A stretch of 64,000 nt of DNA from Macrostomum lignano (taxonomy: Eukaryota), in NCBI GenBank assembly GCA_002269645.1, contig NIVC01003619.1, positions 1 to 64,000 on the forward strand, read 5' to 3'. The translations under genes were made by a program, and so were the position numbers. Under the pieces are notes generated by a model. The model was not told where the DNA came from, made no database searches, and was given only the letters and a program-made list of their open reading frames with translations. Below, one piece after another: positions 11,400 through 24,498 of the stretch. Each line of letters begins with the position of its first letter. Position 1 is the stretch's first letter.

Positions 11400-13577
11400 G
11401 TACACACTCAGTGCACAAGACCCAGACCTGCTATGTACACACTCAGTACACAAGACCCAGACTTGCTATGTACACACTCAGTGCACAAGACCCAGACTTG
11501 CTATGTACACACTCAGTGCACAAGACCCAGACTTGCTATGTACACACTCAGTGCACAAGACCCAGACTTGCTATGTACACACTCAGTGCACAAGACCCAG
11601 ACTTGCTATGTACACACTCAGTGCACAAGACCCAGACTGTATGTACACACTCAGTGCACAAGATCCAGACATGGTATGTACACACTCAGTGCACAAGACC
11701 CAGACTTGCTATGTACACACTCAGTGCGCAAGACCCAGACTTGCTATGTACACACTCAGTGCGCAAGACTCAGACTTGCTATGTACACTCTCAGTGCACA
11801 AGACCCAGACTTGCTATGTACACACTCAGTGCACAAGACCCAGACTTGCTATGTACACACTCAGTGCACAAGACCCAGACTGTATGTACACACTCAGTGC
11901 ACAAGACCCAGACTTGCTATGTACACACTCAGTACACAAGACCCAGACTTGCTATGTACACACTCAGTGCACAAGACCCAGAATTTCTATGTACACACTT
12001 ATTGCACAAGACCCAGACTTGCTATGTACACACTCAGTGCACAAGACCCAGACTTGCTATGTACACACTCAGTGCACAAGACCCAGACTTGCTATGTACA
12101 CACTCAGTGCGCAAGACTCAGACTTGCTATGTACACACTCAGTGCACAAGACCCAGACTTGCTATGTACACACTCAGTGCACAAGACCCAGACTGTATGT
12201 ACACACTCAGTGCACAAGACCCAGACTTGCTATGTACACACTCAGTACACAAGACCCAGACTTGCTATGTACACACTCAGTGCACAAGACCCAGACTTGC
12301 TATGTACACACTCAGTGCACAAGACCCAGACTTGCTATGTACACACTCAGTGCACAAGACCCAGACTTGCTATGTACACACTCAGTGCACAAGACCCAGA
12401 GACTTGCTATGTACACACTCAGTGCACAAGACCCAGACTTGCTATGTACACACTCAGTGCACAAGACCCAGACTGTATGTACACACTCAGTGCACAAGAC
12501 CCAGACTTGCTATGTACACACTCAGTGCACAAGACCCAGACTGTATGTACACACTCAGTGCACAAGACCCAGACTTGCTATGTACACACTCAGTGCACAA
12601 GACCCAGACTTGCTATGTACACACTCAGTGCACAAGACCCAGACTTGCTATGTACACACTCAGTGCACAAGACCCAGACTGTATGTACACACTCAGTGCA
12701 CAAGACCCAGACTGTATGTACACACTCAGTGCACAAGACCCAGACTTGCTATGTACACACTCAGTGCGCAAGACTCAGACTTGCTATGTACACACTCAGT
12801 GCACAAGACCCAGACTTGCTATGTACACACTCAGTGCACAAGACCCAGACTTGCTATGTACACACTCAGTGCACAAGACCCAGACTGTATGTACACACTC
12901 AGTGCACAAGATCCAGACATGGTATGTACACACTCAGTGCACAAGACCCAGACTTGCTATGTACACACTCAGTGCACAAGACCCAGACTTGCTATGTACA
13001 CACTCAGTGCACAAGACCCAGACTTGCTATGTACACACTCAGTGCACAAGACCCAGACTGTATGTACATACTCAGTGCACAAGACCCAGACTTTCTATGT
13101 ACACACTTATTGCACAAGACCCAGACTTGCTATGTACACACTCAGTGCACAAGACCCAGACTTGCTATGTACACACTCAGTGCACAAGACCCAGACTTGC
13201 TATGTACACACTCAGTGCACAAGACCCAGACTTGCTATGTACACTCTCAGTGCACAAGACCCAGACTGTATGTACATACTCAGTGCACAAGACCCAGACT
13301 TTCTATGTACACACTTATTGCACAAGACCCAGACTTGCTATGTACACACTCAGTGCACAAGACCCAGACTTGCTATGTACACACTCAGTGCACAAGACCC
13401 AGACTTTCTATGTACACACTTATTGCACAAGACCCAGACTGTATGTACACACTCAGTGCACAAGATCCAGACATGGTATGTACACACTCAGTGCACAAGA
13501 CCCAGACTTGCTATGTACACACTCAGTGCGCAAGACCCAGACTTGCTATGTACACACTCAGTGCACAAGACCCAGAC
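11400..13577. repeat. 35-bp minisatellite (GTACACACTCAGTGCACAAGACCCAGACTTGCTAT)n with 32-bp variants, ~63 copies
   Basis: Directly visible. Variant units (ACTGTAT, AGATCCAGACATGGTAT, CACACTTATTGCAC) recur in blocks. Confidence 0.97.
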
Positions 13578-14917
13578 CACGTTCTCGCGCCAGGCGCGCA
13601 AGAGCCAGACGCGTCACTGCTGAGCCACTCAGCCGCCCTTGAAAGATCTGAACGACCGAGACAAGTCGGATTTCAGAGTGAAAAATCTGCCGCAGGGGAC
13701 TTCCTGCCGGCCAGCACGTCACGGCGGCCACCCCCAGGCCGACAGCTGTGTCGAATTGGCTTCGTTGCCCGCTCGCAGCTCCCAGGCCCAGCGCCGGCCC
13801 GGCCCTAAAAATAAACCCCCGAAGAGCCCCGGCAGACAGGTGAGTTCGGCACGCTGCTCAAATATTTACCGACGGAACTCCGCCTTCCACCTGTCAGCTG
13901 TGGCAGCCTCCTGACAAGTAGATGAGAATCGGCGCACAACCTGGTCCCGCCTGATCGCCACGCAGATAACAGCAGCCGTTGAGACAGTCGGGAAGAGGAG
14001 AATCGGAACTGATTGAAACCGGCGCCTGCTGCGCCTTTCCCGAATCCGAGCGAACCCCCCGCCAGACAGACGGGTCCTGACATTTGATGTTGAAGCATCA
14101 AAACTGCCGCCTGCTCCCCCAGCAACTGGGAATTTATTGAAGTTCCGCTATCTCAGAATAAAAGCAGAGAGCTGCCACATGAACGCCTGTCGGAAACGAG
14201 TTTAGCGCAGAAAAGGCCTGCTTGGGATTAGCAAAATACGCGAGCATCGCATTTATTGTACATCGGGCTGGTGGAGTGCGGAGGTTATCAATACTCGTAA
14301 GAAGAACGGCATATTACTAAAAGTAATTAGTACTGGTAAAAACTGATTGATAGTCTATTTCTAAAAAACGCACAGCATCGATTTGGTTGGGAACCGATTT
14401 CGATATCATTGGTGCAAATTGTAAAATAATAGCAATCGGAATACGCAAATCCGCCTACTAACAGTAGGCATCCGCAACAAAGGGATACGCTTGTATGCAT
14501 GCTAAATTTTCACAGAAATTTATCTCACAAAATTAATTACAAAATAATCGAATGATGCGCATCAATTTTTACCAGCCTACTCATAGTAGCTGTGAAGATT
14601 CTACTGATAATAAAAACGGACAATACATTAAATACTTTTTACAATTAGCGAGAGGTCTTTAATACAATGTTGGCACGAATGCCTCAGTTAAAAAGCCATT
14701 AAAAAACCCCAAACGGCCTGATAAGCCACGCAAAACAGCTAGTGATGAAGGAGAACATATTGGCATAGAATTTACGTAAATATGATAACGGCATAGCAGC
14801 ACTGACACCAAGCACAGCGCTGCCAAACCGCCTATTGACTTCGGGAACTGCATGCATGGTGGTATTGCACCAGCCTGGCTTTTGAAGGTGGGGCCACCTT
14901 GAGATCCTGTGTTGATC

Positions 14918-15484
14918 CTGGGATTCTACTGACTGGGATTCTACCGGCTAGGATTCTACTGACTGGGATTCTACCGGCTAGGATTCTACTGACTGGGATT
15001 CTACCGAAAGGGTTTCTACCGGCTGGGATACTACCGGCTGGGATTCTACTGACTGGGATTCCACTGACAGGGATTCTACTGACTGGGATTCTACTGACTG
15101 GGATTCTACTGACTGGGATTCTACCGGCTGGGATTTCACTGACTGGGATTCTAGTGACTGGGATTTCACTGACTGGGATTCTACTGACTGGGATTTCACT
15201 GACTGGGATTCTGCTGACTGGGATTTCACTGACTGGGATTCTGCTGACTGGGATTTCACTGACTGGGATTCTAGTGACTGGGATTTCACTGACTGGGATT
15301 CTACTGACTGGGATTTCACTGACTGGGATTCTGCTGACTGGGATTTCACTGACTGGGATTCTGCTGACTGGGATTTCATTGACTGGGATTCTGCTGACTG
15401 GGATTTCACTGACTGGGATTTCACTGACTGGGATTTCACTGACTGGGATTTCACTGACTGGGATTTCACTGACTGGGATTCTGA
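14918..15484. repeat. 15-bp minisatellite (CTGGGATTYYACTGA)n, ~37 copies
   Basis: Directly visible; gives the SEIPV/SRIPV ORFs. Confidence 0.95.
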
Positions 15485-15638
15485 ACTGCACCTGCCACAC
15501 TCAATGACCGCCCGGTCAGGAACTCAACAGGCCTAAGGGAAAGGAAGCAGATGCAATAAAAATTATCAAGGACAACACAAATCCGCAAGCAACCGCAGAG
15601 CAGACGACCAATTAACAGGCTCGTCAAAGCGCTGATGC

Positions 15639-18094
15639 TCAGATGTTGGTCTCCTGCCGCAGCTTCCGCTGCCGGTCGTCTTGAGACAGCAGCGCCGCCG
15701 ACTGCTTGGCGGCCACGTCGTGCCCCGTGAGGCTGCTGACCGCCGTCAGCTTGGAGGACGGCGGCTCCGCGGCCGAGTCGCTGCCGCGGTCCAGCCGGCG
15801 GCGCAGACGGCGCATGCTGTCCAGATGCCAGGTGAGCAGCGCGACGGCGGCCCGCCGGAAGTTGCGGCCGGTCAGGCAGTAGAGCCAGAAGTTGGAGGCG
15901 AAGTTGGCGGTGAACAGCACGAAGCTGACCATCCAAAGATCGGCCACGATGCCCGTCTTGTGCGTCTGCGGCAGGTGGTGGCGGTTTTGGCAATGTTTTC
16001 AATAGCCTACTCATAGTAGCTGCATGGCACACGGTGGCGGTTTTGGCAATGTTTTAAATAGCCTACTCATAGTAGCTGCATGGCACACGGTGGTGGTTTT
16101 GGCAATGTTTTCAATAGCCTACTCATAGTAGCAGATTGGAAGGGGTGTTTGCAAAAAATGCTTTGCGCACCCGAAGGTCCTGCAGCTCATAGTAGCTGTT
16201 AATTGCGCTCGTGATGGCCAGAGGCAGGGTGAGAAACAGGAAGGTGACGGACACCACAAGCAGGCGGGTGGTGATGCTGTTCTCTTGGCGCAGCGTCTTC
16301 TGGTCCATCTGGGAGGATCTGCGGTTCCGCTTGCGAAGCACCAGCACCAGCACCAAGTTGGATATGCAGATCACAATCCACGGCACGATTGAGAACAGGA
16401 CATTGCTCAGAATGTTGCCTGCGGGGATCAAGGGGGAAATCAATTATGCAAAGGTACGGCTGAAAGCTCTTTGGGTAATATGATCTCTAGGTGATGGGAT
16501 CTCTGGGTGATGGGATCTCTGGGTGATGGGATCTCTGGGTGATGGGATCTCTGGGTGATGGGATCTTTGGGTGATGGGATCTCTAGGATGATGGGATCTT
16601 TGGGTGATGGGATCTTTGGGTGATGGGATCTTTGGGTGATGGGATCTCTGGGTGATGGGATCTCTGGGTGATGGGATCTTTGGGTGATGGGATCTCTGGG
16701 TGATGGGATTTCTGGGTGATGGGATCTCTAAGGTGATGGGATCTCTGGGATGATGGGATCCCTGAGATGATGGGATCTTTGGGTGATGGGATCTCTAAGG
16801 TGATGGGATCTCTGGGATGATGGGATCTCTGAGGTGGTGGGGTCTCTGACAGATGAGCATCCATGGTGATGGGGAGCGTGTCTCACCAATGAAGAAGTGG
16901 TCGTTGGGCCGGCAGGTGCGGTATTTCTCGCTGTACTCGAAGCCGAACACGGCGTAGATGCTGAACGGCGCGGCCAGCAGCACGAGGCCGCCGATGGCCC
17001 AGACGCCGTTGCGCACCGTGCACAGCCGGGTGCCCCAGCGCAGCGGGCTGGAAACGGAGATGCAGCGCTCAACGGACAGGATCACCACCGTCCACACCGA
17101 CACCATGCGGCAGTAAAAGGAGATGTACACCCGGAACTGGCTCACCTGCCGGTGCGAGAGAATTGAGATGTTTGGGCTGCAAATACTGTTGAAAGTGGGA
17201 CAGGCAATGGAACAGACTTACCTGGGTAGAGAATGGGACACACTCACCTGGACAGGGAATGGGACAGACTCACCTGGACAGGGAATGGGACAGACTCACC
17301 TGGACAGGGAATGGGACAGACTCACCTGGGCAGGGAATGGGACAGACTCACCTGGGCAGGGAATGGGACAGACTCACCTGGGCAGGGAATGGGACAGACT
17401 CACCTGGGCAGGGAATGGGACACACTCACCTGGGAAGGGAATGGGACAGACTCACCTGGGCAGGGAATGGGACAGACTCACCTGGGCAGGGAATGGGACA
17501 CACTCACCTGGGAAGGGAATGGGACAGACTCACCTGGGCAGGGAATGGGACAGACTCACCTGGGCAGGGAATGGGACAGACTCACCTGGGAAGGGAATGG
17601 GACAGACTCACATGGGTAGGGCAATAACTAATCTCGAATAGGGTAGAGTATATCATGGAGAATGGACCCAGACTCACTTGGCAGTTGCTGGTGACAGACC
17701 GCAGCCAAGCAGCCACCTGGCCATAGAGGACATAGTAGTATCCGGGCATGATGACGGCCAGCCAGATGCTGAACACAATGGACACCAGCGTGAGCGAGTC
17801 CAAGATGGACAGGCAGCACAGATAGAAATGACTGGACACCCGGGTGGCAGACTCCTTAAGGATGATGAAGGAGCAGGTGTTGCCAATGACGCCCAGAATG
17901 GCAATGATGGGTATTAAGTAGGTGCACAGCACCTGTAGCCATGTGTCTCCATGTGACAGGTAAAAGCCAGGTCTGCCACCCCCTGGCAGGGAGCAGTTGG
18001 TACTTGTGTTTTCACAGCCGCTAACATTCATTTCTGCTGAGATGATCTGGTCTGTGCTCTGGCCAGCAATATAGGTGTGCACATAAGGTTGCAT
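15639..18094 (-). CDS. FMRFamide/myosuppressin-family peptide GPCR; exons 18094-17678, 17145-16887, 16418-16171, 15965-15639
   Basis: GVIGN (TM1), LSILDSL (TM2), LSVERCISVSSP (TM3/ICL2), VP (TM5), TFLFLTLP (TM6), ANFASNFWLYCLTGRNFR (TM7). All GT-AG junctions are in phase. The start may be the second Met (MNVSG, with sequons). Confidence 0.88.
15976..16131. repeat. 56-bp tandem repeat, ~3 copies, in intron 3 of the GPCR
   Basis: Unit GGTGGCGGTTTTGGCAATG...TAGCCTACTCATAGTAGC; period 56 checked at three positions. Confidence 0.92.
16481..16832. repeat. 16-bp G-rich minisatellite (GGGATCTCTGGGTGAT)n in GPCR intron 2
   Basis: Directly visible; two GGG runs per unit. Confidence 0.95.
17216..17618. 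repeat. 26-bp minisatellite in GPCR intron 1; unit contains CAG|GTGAGT on the coding strand, ~15 copies
   Basis: Plus-strand unit GGGACAGACTCACCTGGGCAGGGAAT. Confidence 0.96.
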
Positions 18095-19096
18095 AAAGTT
18101 TTATTATTTTTTTCAACTTATACTTCAATAAAGGTCTTTAAAGCTGTAGACATTATAGTCTTTCCTTGTCATAATAAATAACAAATAGAGCATGATAAGT
18201 AGCATGGTCAAACTATAAAAAATAAGCAGAGTAGCTGAATTTGCATGATCAAACATAAGATATTTTGCCCATGAACCAGTTTGGCTATAGACTGTATTTT
18301 GGCACATTGATGATTATATAATTTAATAGATATATATTATTACCTTGTATTTAGCTTTTTGATATGCTTTTTTTTACTTTTATTAATAAAATTATAATAA
18401 TAACTCACAACTATTTCTATCAAATTCTGATTGACAGCATAGGGGATTAACAAGTTGAGGTTACATTACCACTAAAGGTACTTTTTGCAGTTTTTAAAAA
18501 CTTCTTTGTCATTTTGGGCACCTGTTAGGGCAAGTTTAAAAAATAAAAAGTCTAGGTCAATATTTTAGGTCAATATTTTATTATTGACCTAAAATTGAAG
18601 TCATCAAAAAATAGTAAAAAATTATCTGCAGACTTTCCATAAATTTTAAGTAAAAAATTAACTTTTCCTAATATTGTTACAAAGGTTTTGGCTATTTTGG
18701 TTATGTTAGATTTATTTTTACTAATATATAAGGGATACAAAGCAAAAATTTCATATTTGATATAAAATTTAGTTCAATAAAACTATTTTATACAAATTTT
18801 AATAAAAAATTTTTGGAAAGAAAGGATCAAGGAGCCTAGTAGATAAAATGCATTGAAAAGGTAATGAAAATCCAAGATACAAAAAATGTTAAAACTTCTT
18901 TAACATTTAATCAAATTTAAAAAATAAGGTGTCTTTCTTAGGCTGGTAAAATATCAAATGGTATTAAAAAATAGCAAAATTTTTTTTTAAATCTTACTGA
19001 AATCATTATGCACCTATACTCATTATGAACATGTTACTTTTGCAATTGGACAATTGGTGCACTCTTTAAATAGACCCATTTAATAGTATAGTACTA

Positions 19097-19434
19097 AGGG
19101 GGCCATAGCCTAGTGGTCTAGCGCAGGCTCTGGTGTGCCAGTGACCCAGGCTTGATTCCAAGTGCAGTCACATTAATTTGGGGCTGACTTGGAATCTTGG
19201 CTTGGCTTTGCTCATGTAATTAATAGCCTTGAGAGCCAACCCCCCAAGGTGCAGTGAAGTGTACATGCCTAATGATAATATAAAGTTAGGGCTGCTGTAC
19301 ACTCCTGTGTGTGTGTACCTGCATACATATCCCCGCACTTGTGTGCCTGCTCAAGGACATGCCTTTTGCCAATTGTGTGCCTATGTTGCTTAAAGTGCGC
19401 CAGGGTGCACACAACCCCCCTGCCTCTAATAAAA
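19097..19434 (+). mobile_element. tRNA-derived SINE, copy 1 (CpG-decayed)
   Basis: tRNA-like head GGGGCCATAGCCTAGTGG...GGCTTGATTCC (A/B boxes), AATAAAAAA tail, and 15-bp TSD AATAGTATAGTACTA at 19082-19096 and 19435-19449. Alignable over its full length with the copy at 22326-22694. Confidence 0.88.
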
Positions 19435-19706
19435 AATAGTATAGTACTACATGGCAAAAGGGAAGAAAATAATAGTGTGACATAATTTGTAGCTTGACAT
19501 TGCTTTGGTTTACAATTATTTTTTCACCCAAATTTCAGTCACAATCCCCATATAATTTTCTATTTCAGTGATCATGGCCTGCTTGAAAGAAGGCAGAAGC
19601 AAAATTGTTAAACTGGGTTTCTTCATTTCACTAGTAAAAAAACTAAATGGAATAGCCAACCTATAGTTTCTCCCATGTCATGGCAATGATAATGATTCTA
19701 TATATT

Positions 19707-20320
19707 CACTTTGGTTAATGATTGTGAACCAAAGGTTAAGGGTTTTATTGTATCATTTCATGTTCCAGAACTATTCAATGAAGAGGATCCTGTATATCCA
19801 CTTCAGTTTATAATTATTTAAATGGCAATGATATATTTAAATGTTTGCAAAGGTAGGGGTTTCTAGTATATTATGATGCTATCTCATTAACTTTTAAATC
19901 ATTTGTACATAATGTTGTGACAGTAGTTTGACTACTATATGGTAGCTTCTAACTTAACTCATACATTGTCTATAGAGATCTATGGATAAAGACAAATGAA
20001 TTAGTCTACTAGCTATTACATGTCCTTACTATCCCTTCAGTCTTAATTTAAATGACATATATAAATGATTAAAAAATGTTGTATGTATCTAGATAGAAAT
20101 CAATTTTGGTTACTTACACTAAGCCTATGTCTGCTATTTAAATGACCAAAAACCAAAGTGGATATATAGGATCCTCTTCATCACAGTTCTAGAATTTGAA
20201 ATGATACACTAAAACCCCTTTACATTTGGTTAACAATCATTTACATATATTTCTACTATTTGAATAATTGTAAACTGAAGTAGATATATAGGATCTTCTT
20301 CATTGAACAATTGTACACAT
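19707..20320. repeat. Imperfect inverted repeat pair (19707-19853 vs 20151-20320, ~130-bp sub-unit); possible foldback/MITE remnant
   Basis: Core GTGGATATAYAGGATCCTCTTCAT occurs once on - and twice on +. Confidence 0.65.
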
Positions 20321-22325
20321 AAACATCCGTTTGTATCATTTTTCTGGTTAGTATTTGATTGTTTGACAAAAAAATAAAAATGATTTGAATGATTTTGGAC
20401 AATTAGCTTGATTAAAAAACATTTTTTGTCATATGACATTTTTCTTATACAGATTGTAAAGCAATTTCAAAGATTGTAAACCAAATAAATGCCTGTAGTA
20501 TTATATTTTATAATAAAGAGCTAAATAAAAACCTGCTAGTCCCTGAGAAGTTATCCTAAGATAGGATAAGTCTCTCCAAAGCTAAAAACATGAATAATGA
20601 GTGCAAAAACCAAGCATATATTCCCAAAAGAGAGATAATAGCATGCTATAATTAGAATTTCTATGTATTTCTATTAATATTATTCATGTACTTTTATTAT
20701 ATTGTAGTGAGCCACTATTTTGGTGTTAGATGTCGCACTTAGTCAACAGCTTCCCTTGCCCTTGCCCTAGGTCGCTGTCTGCTGCTGGTCAGCTTCCTGT
20801 CTTCCCTTTTGCCTGCCTGTTTGCTGTCCCCTGTTCCATTTTCTGCCCATTTTCTGCACTCTCGTTTGTAGCCACAAGCTTCTCTGCTATGGTCTACTCT
20901 TGTTTTGCTCCAGTCCTACAAGTCATATGATAGGTCTTGTTTTCTTGGAGTCCTAAAGAGTAGTAAACATGTTTAATGCACTTGCTGGCTTGTGTTTATG
21001 GAAGAATCATATGCCTAAGGCCCTCCCTTTTTCTAAGGAGAAGGGTGACTTATGTTTCTAAAAATAGACACTGAGTCACTGCCTAATGCCACTTTGCCCA
21101 TGGACCTAATGATATCAGTTCTAAAAATAGAACAAAGTCACAAGGTCTTATGCATGGGCAAGGATGAATCCCGCTCTATAAATACAGACCCCCTTCACCC
21201 CTGTTTCCATCAACCATTTGAACCGCTTGAAGCGGAGTTTTAGGTCTGAGGCTTCTAATTTCTGATTCTAGAATGCCTATTCTATGTCTATGACTGTTAA
21301 ATCTGCTTGTAATCTGACTGAGTCCTATCTAAAGCCAACCACAAGCCAATAAGAGGCTAACACAGCCTTCTCTACTACCCACACTCCCAAGTATGCTGTT
21401 CTATGGGGATTATTCCCACGCACAACTGGGTCTGGGGTCAGCGGGCGCTGTGTACACGGCATATACTGTGTACAGGAGACCCATTTTTAAGGATATGCAT
21501 GCCAAGAAGTATGAAGTCAGCAAAGTTGTGGACAAGCATGTGGAACTCTATTCCCGCTACCTGTTTGTTGGCCACCCCCTAGTGCTAGAGCTGGAGCCTG
21601 AGTCCAAGGCCAACCAGGAAGCCACCATAGGCCACGACTTGTGAATTGTCATGCTGTGACTATGACATGCTATGAAGCCTAGAAGGTATTTCTTTATATA
21701 TTAATCAAGTCATCCTCTGGTCCATCCAAATGGACTGTGGACCCCCCCCCCAGTCTGTTGGCGTGCGGCATAGACCTTCTCTCCCAGCCTCCCCCTTTCC
21801 ACATGCAGCGTGCATAGCTGGGAGATGTTCCTGCATGCACAGTGCATACTCAAGACTATGGCCAACTACCCCCTAAGCTTGGCAGGATCTGCTGACGAGA
21901 TGCCTTGTACATTGGGTTGCAAATCTGCATGTTGTGCTGAGTTTGCTCATCTTAGTTACTTCATCCTAATGGAAACTCACTTTATCAAAGGCGGACCCCT
22001 GATGGACTGGTGGCAGCACTATTGATGCTACTAAGAGCTACGAAAAAGGCTCCTAAGAGAAGAGGCTTGAGACTTAAGACCTACTAAGCCACCTCAAGTC
22101 AACCCCAAAAAAACCATATGTATTTCAATATATATATATGTTAATTTTGTTTTAATAATTAATTTATAATAATTATTACTTTTTTGCCAAATAGGCCTAT
22201 GACCAAAATACTCAAATGGTATTATAAATTGGTTTACCACTATATTGGCTTAGGTTTTTTGTATAACAGAACATTTTGACTTTTTAAATTGCATGATTGC
22301 ATTATAAAATTAGACCTTGCACCTT

Positions 22326-22694
22326 TTTACTTTTTTTTATTAGAGGCAGGGGGTTGTGTGCACCCTGGCACAATTTAAGCGTCATTGGCACACAACCGGC
22401 GAGAGGCATTACTGCCCATTCTGCCGACTCCCCTGAGCAGGCATACAAGCGTGCGGATACGTTACGCAGGCACACACTCACACAGGAGTATACAGCCGCC
22501 CTAACTTTATCAATTGTTAGGCATGTACACTTCACTGCGCCTTGGGGGGGGGGGTTGGCTCTCAAGGCGGTTAATTGCACAAGCGAGCCAAGCCAATATT
22601 CTAATCCAGCCCCAAATTAATTTGGCTGCACTTGGAATCGAGCCTGGGTCGCGGCATACCAGAGCAGCTGCGCTATCGCTGGGCTATGGCCCCC
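22326..22694 (-). mobile_element. tRNA-derived SINE, copy 2 (better preserved)
   Basis: Head GGGGGCCATAGCCCAGCG...GGCTCGATTCC, A-rich tail, and 13-bp TSD GACCTTGCACCTT at 22313-22325 and 22695-22707. Confidence 0.9.
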
Positions 22695-23007
22695 GACCTT
22701 GCACCTTGTCCTTGGATAAAATTTACATTTTAGCACTAGCAAAATATCTTACTTGGGTATATGTCATATAGACAAAATGGTCTAAGGGAAATGTCTATAG
22801 TTTGAGGGCAAAATGATTAGTTTCCTATATTCATATAGGCATTTTATATAAAGCTAACTAGCTATCTGGCAAAATTAGGTCTAGCATGACTTTTAGCCAA
22901 CTGCAAACCAAACCACTTAGAGTTATATTAGGTTTAGGTCCTAGGGTATACTTATTTAAATTTTATGTCTACAGCAAACTTTAAGTTTTGGGCCTATAGG
23001 CCTACTT

Positions 23008-24390
23008 GAATTCCAGTTGTTTTGCCCCCAAACCATTTCGGCCATGGACATTTTGCCCATAGTCCATTTCGCCCATAAACCAGTTCAGCCATGGACCATT
23101 TTGCCTCCAATTTGGGCATGGGTATTAATGTACTAGTACTATTATGTATTAACTAGAGATACAGCCATACAAGTATCTTTATTTTATTTTTTAATGCTAA
23201 TTTTTAGTTTTAATATGTAAAACTATCAATAGCAAGAGGCAATAAAACTGAAGAGAACCACAAGTGGCCTTTTAGTTCAGATGGTTGTGCCAACTTTCAG
23301 CATTGTTGTTTGTCCTATACAGCTGCCAGTAAGATGACCATGATTTTGGTGGCCACATTGAACTCCTAATCCATGTTTCCTGGATGTAGGACATCCAATG
23401 CTGCAGTCCTTGGCTAGTAGCAGCTCTACATAGCAGATTAGAAAAGGCCATCAGAATGGCATGATGCAGTAGGCAAGAAAGTGACATAACATTGCGACAA
23501 AATTCTTTTACAACACAGTTCTTTTGATAAGTTGCGCTGCAAGTCCACTTCCTGAATTTTTCTCATCAGTGCTTGCCAGAAATGAAATGAGTAGCCTCAT
23601 AGGTAGACACTTGGCATAATGGACTTGAAGGCGCTCCACACTGATTTCTCAAAATCTAAAATAACTGTCTTTACTAAAGATTTGGCAGGCAGAAGTTGCA
23701 ATAATATGTGAAACACAGCTTTGTAGTCACTTTTTTGGCAGCAGCTCATAAGGACAAAAAGAAGTGGCAGTTGCTTTATATTGTCCTGGTACTTTAGGAA
23801 AGCATGAAACATAAATAGCTAGTAAAATGGCTCTCTTATTACCTAGAACATACCATCTACAAACCAGTATTTTGCTGCAGCTAAGTGCCAGATCCCATCA
23901 TTAGAATACATCAAAATGTGCCTGTGGCCATCCTCATTTATGTTGCTTATATTTAGCTGATTCAGGTACTGTAGAGTAGTTGATTGCAAAATCTATTCTT
24001 GCTAGTTCCTCAGGTTACACAACTTGCCTTGCTCTTTGACCAATGCACTCTAAAATTTGAGGATTAGGTATTTCAGTTGCCTTTGTAAGAAGAAATTAGG
24101 CTCCTGTTATCTCTTTCTTAAGAATGCTACTAATAGGGCCTAGCCTTGAATGCTTCAGCCTAGCACTTATTATTGATTTAAACTTTCAGTTCTGTCACTA
24201 GTACCGTTTTGCCTGGACTGTTATGGGTATGTTCTTCATGTATAGGACTGTTCATTTCAACCCTGGTCCAAATTGGAGGTGAAACAGTCTGTGGCAAAAA
24301 TGGTCCATGGCCAAAATGGTTTGTGGGCAAAATGGTCTAGGGGTGAAATGTCCATGGCCAAAACAGTTTATGGGCAAAATTACCAGTTAC
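23008..24390 (-). mobile_element. Decayed Mutator-like (MULE) DNA transposon with ~110-bp TIRs
   Basis: The minus strand encodes WFVDGMF*VIREPFY*LF..HAF..KQLPLLFVLMS, VILDFEKSVWSAFK and RTNNNAESWHNHLN (MULE DDE motifs). 23008-23120 is an imperfect inverted copy of 24268-24390. GGCCTAC occurs on both flanks (possible TSD remnant). Confidence 0.85.
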
Positions 24391-24498
24391 TGGCCTACCT
24401 AGATCTAACTAGATAGCTATAAACAGTGTAGTAAAATGTCACACTATTACTAGTACCACTAGGCCTATTAATAATGTCGAACATAATGGCAATCTTTT

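Noticed and set aside
11076-13808. Three overlapping ORFs of 706-910 aa rich in Cys/His/Thr
   Set aside because: They are translations of a 35-bp repeat whose unit has no stop in any plus frame; there is no domain or codon evidence.
13577-13838. In-frame TGA in C*ATQ as selenocysteine
   Set aside because: No recognisable selenoprotein family or SECIS seen, and coding status is unsupported.
20730-22100. Short ORFs in the depleted domain as retroelement remnants
   Set aside because: No RT, integrase or endonuclease motif recognisable by eye; needs a translated HMM search.
22620-22694. tRNA gene
   Set aside because: The tRNA-like head continues into a ~300-bp body with an A-tail and TSD, so it is a SINE; no clean cloverleaf.
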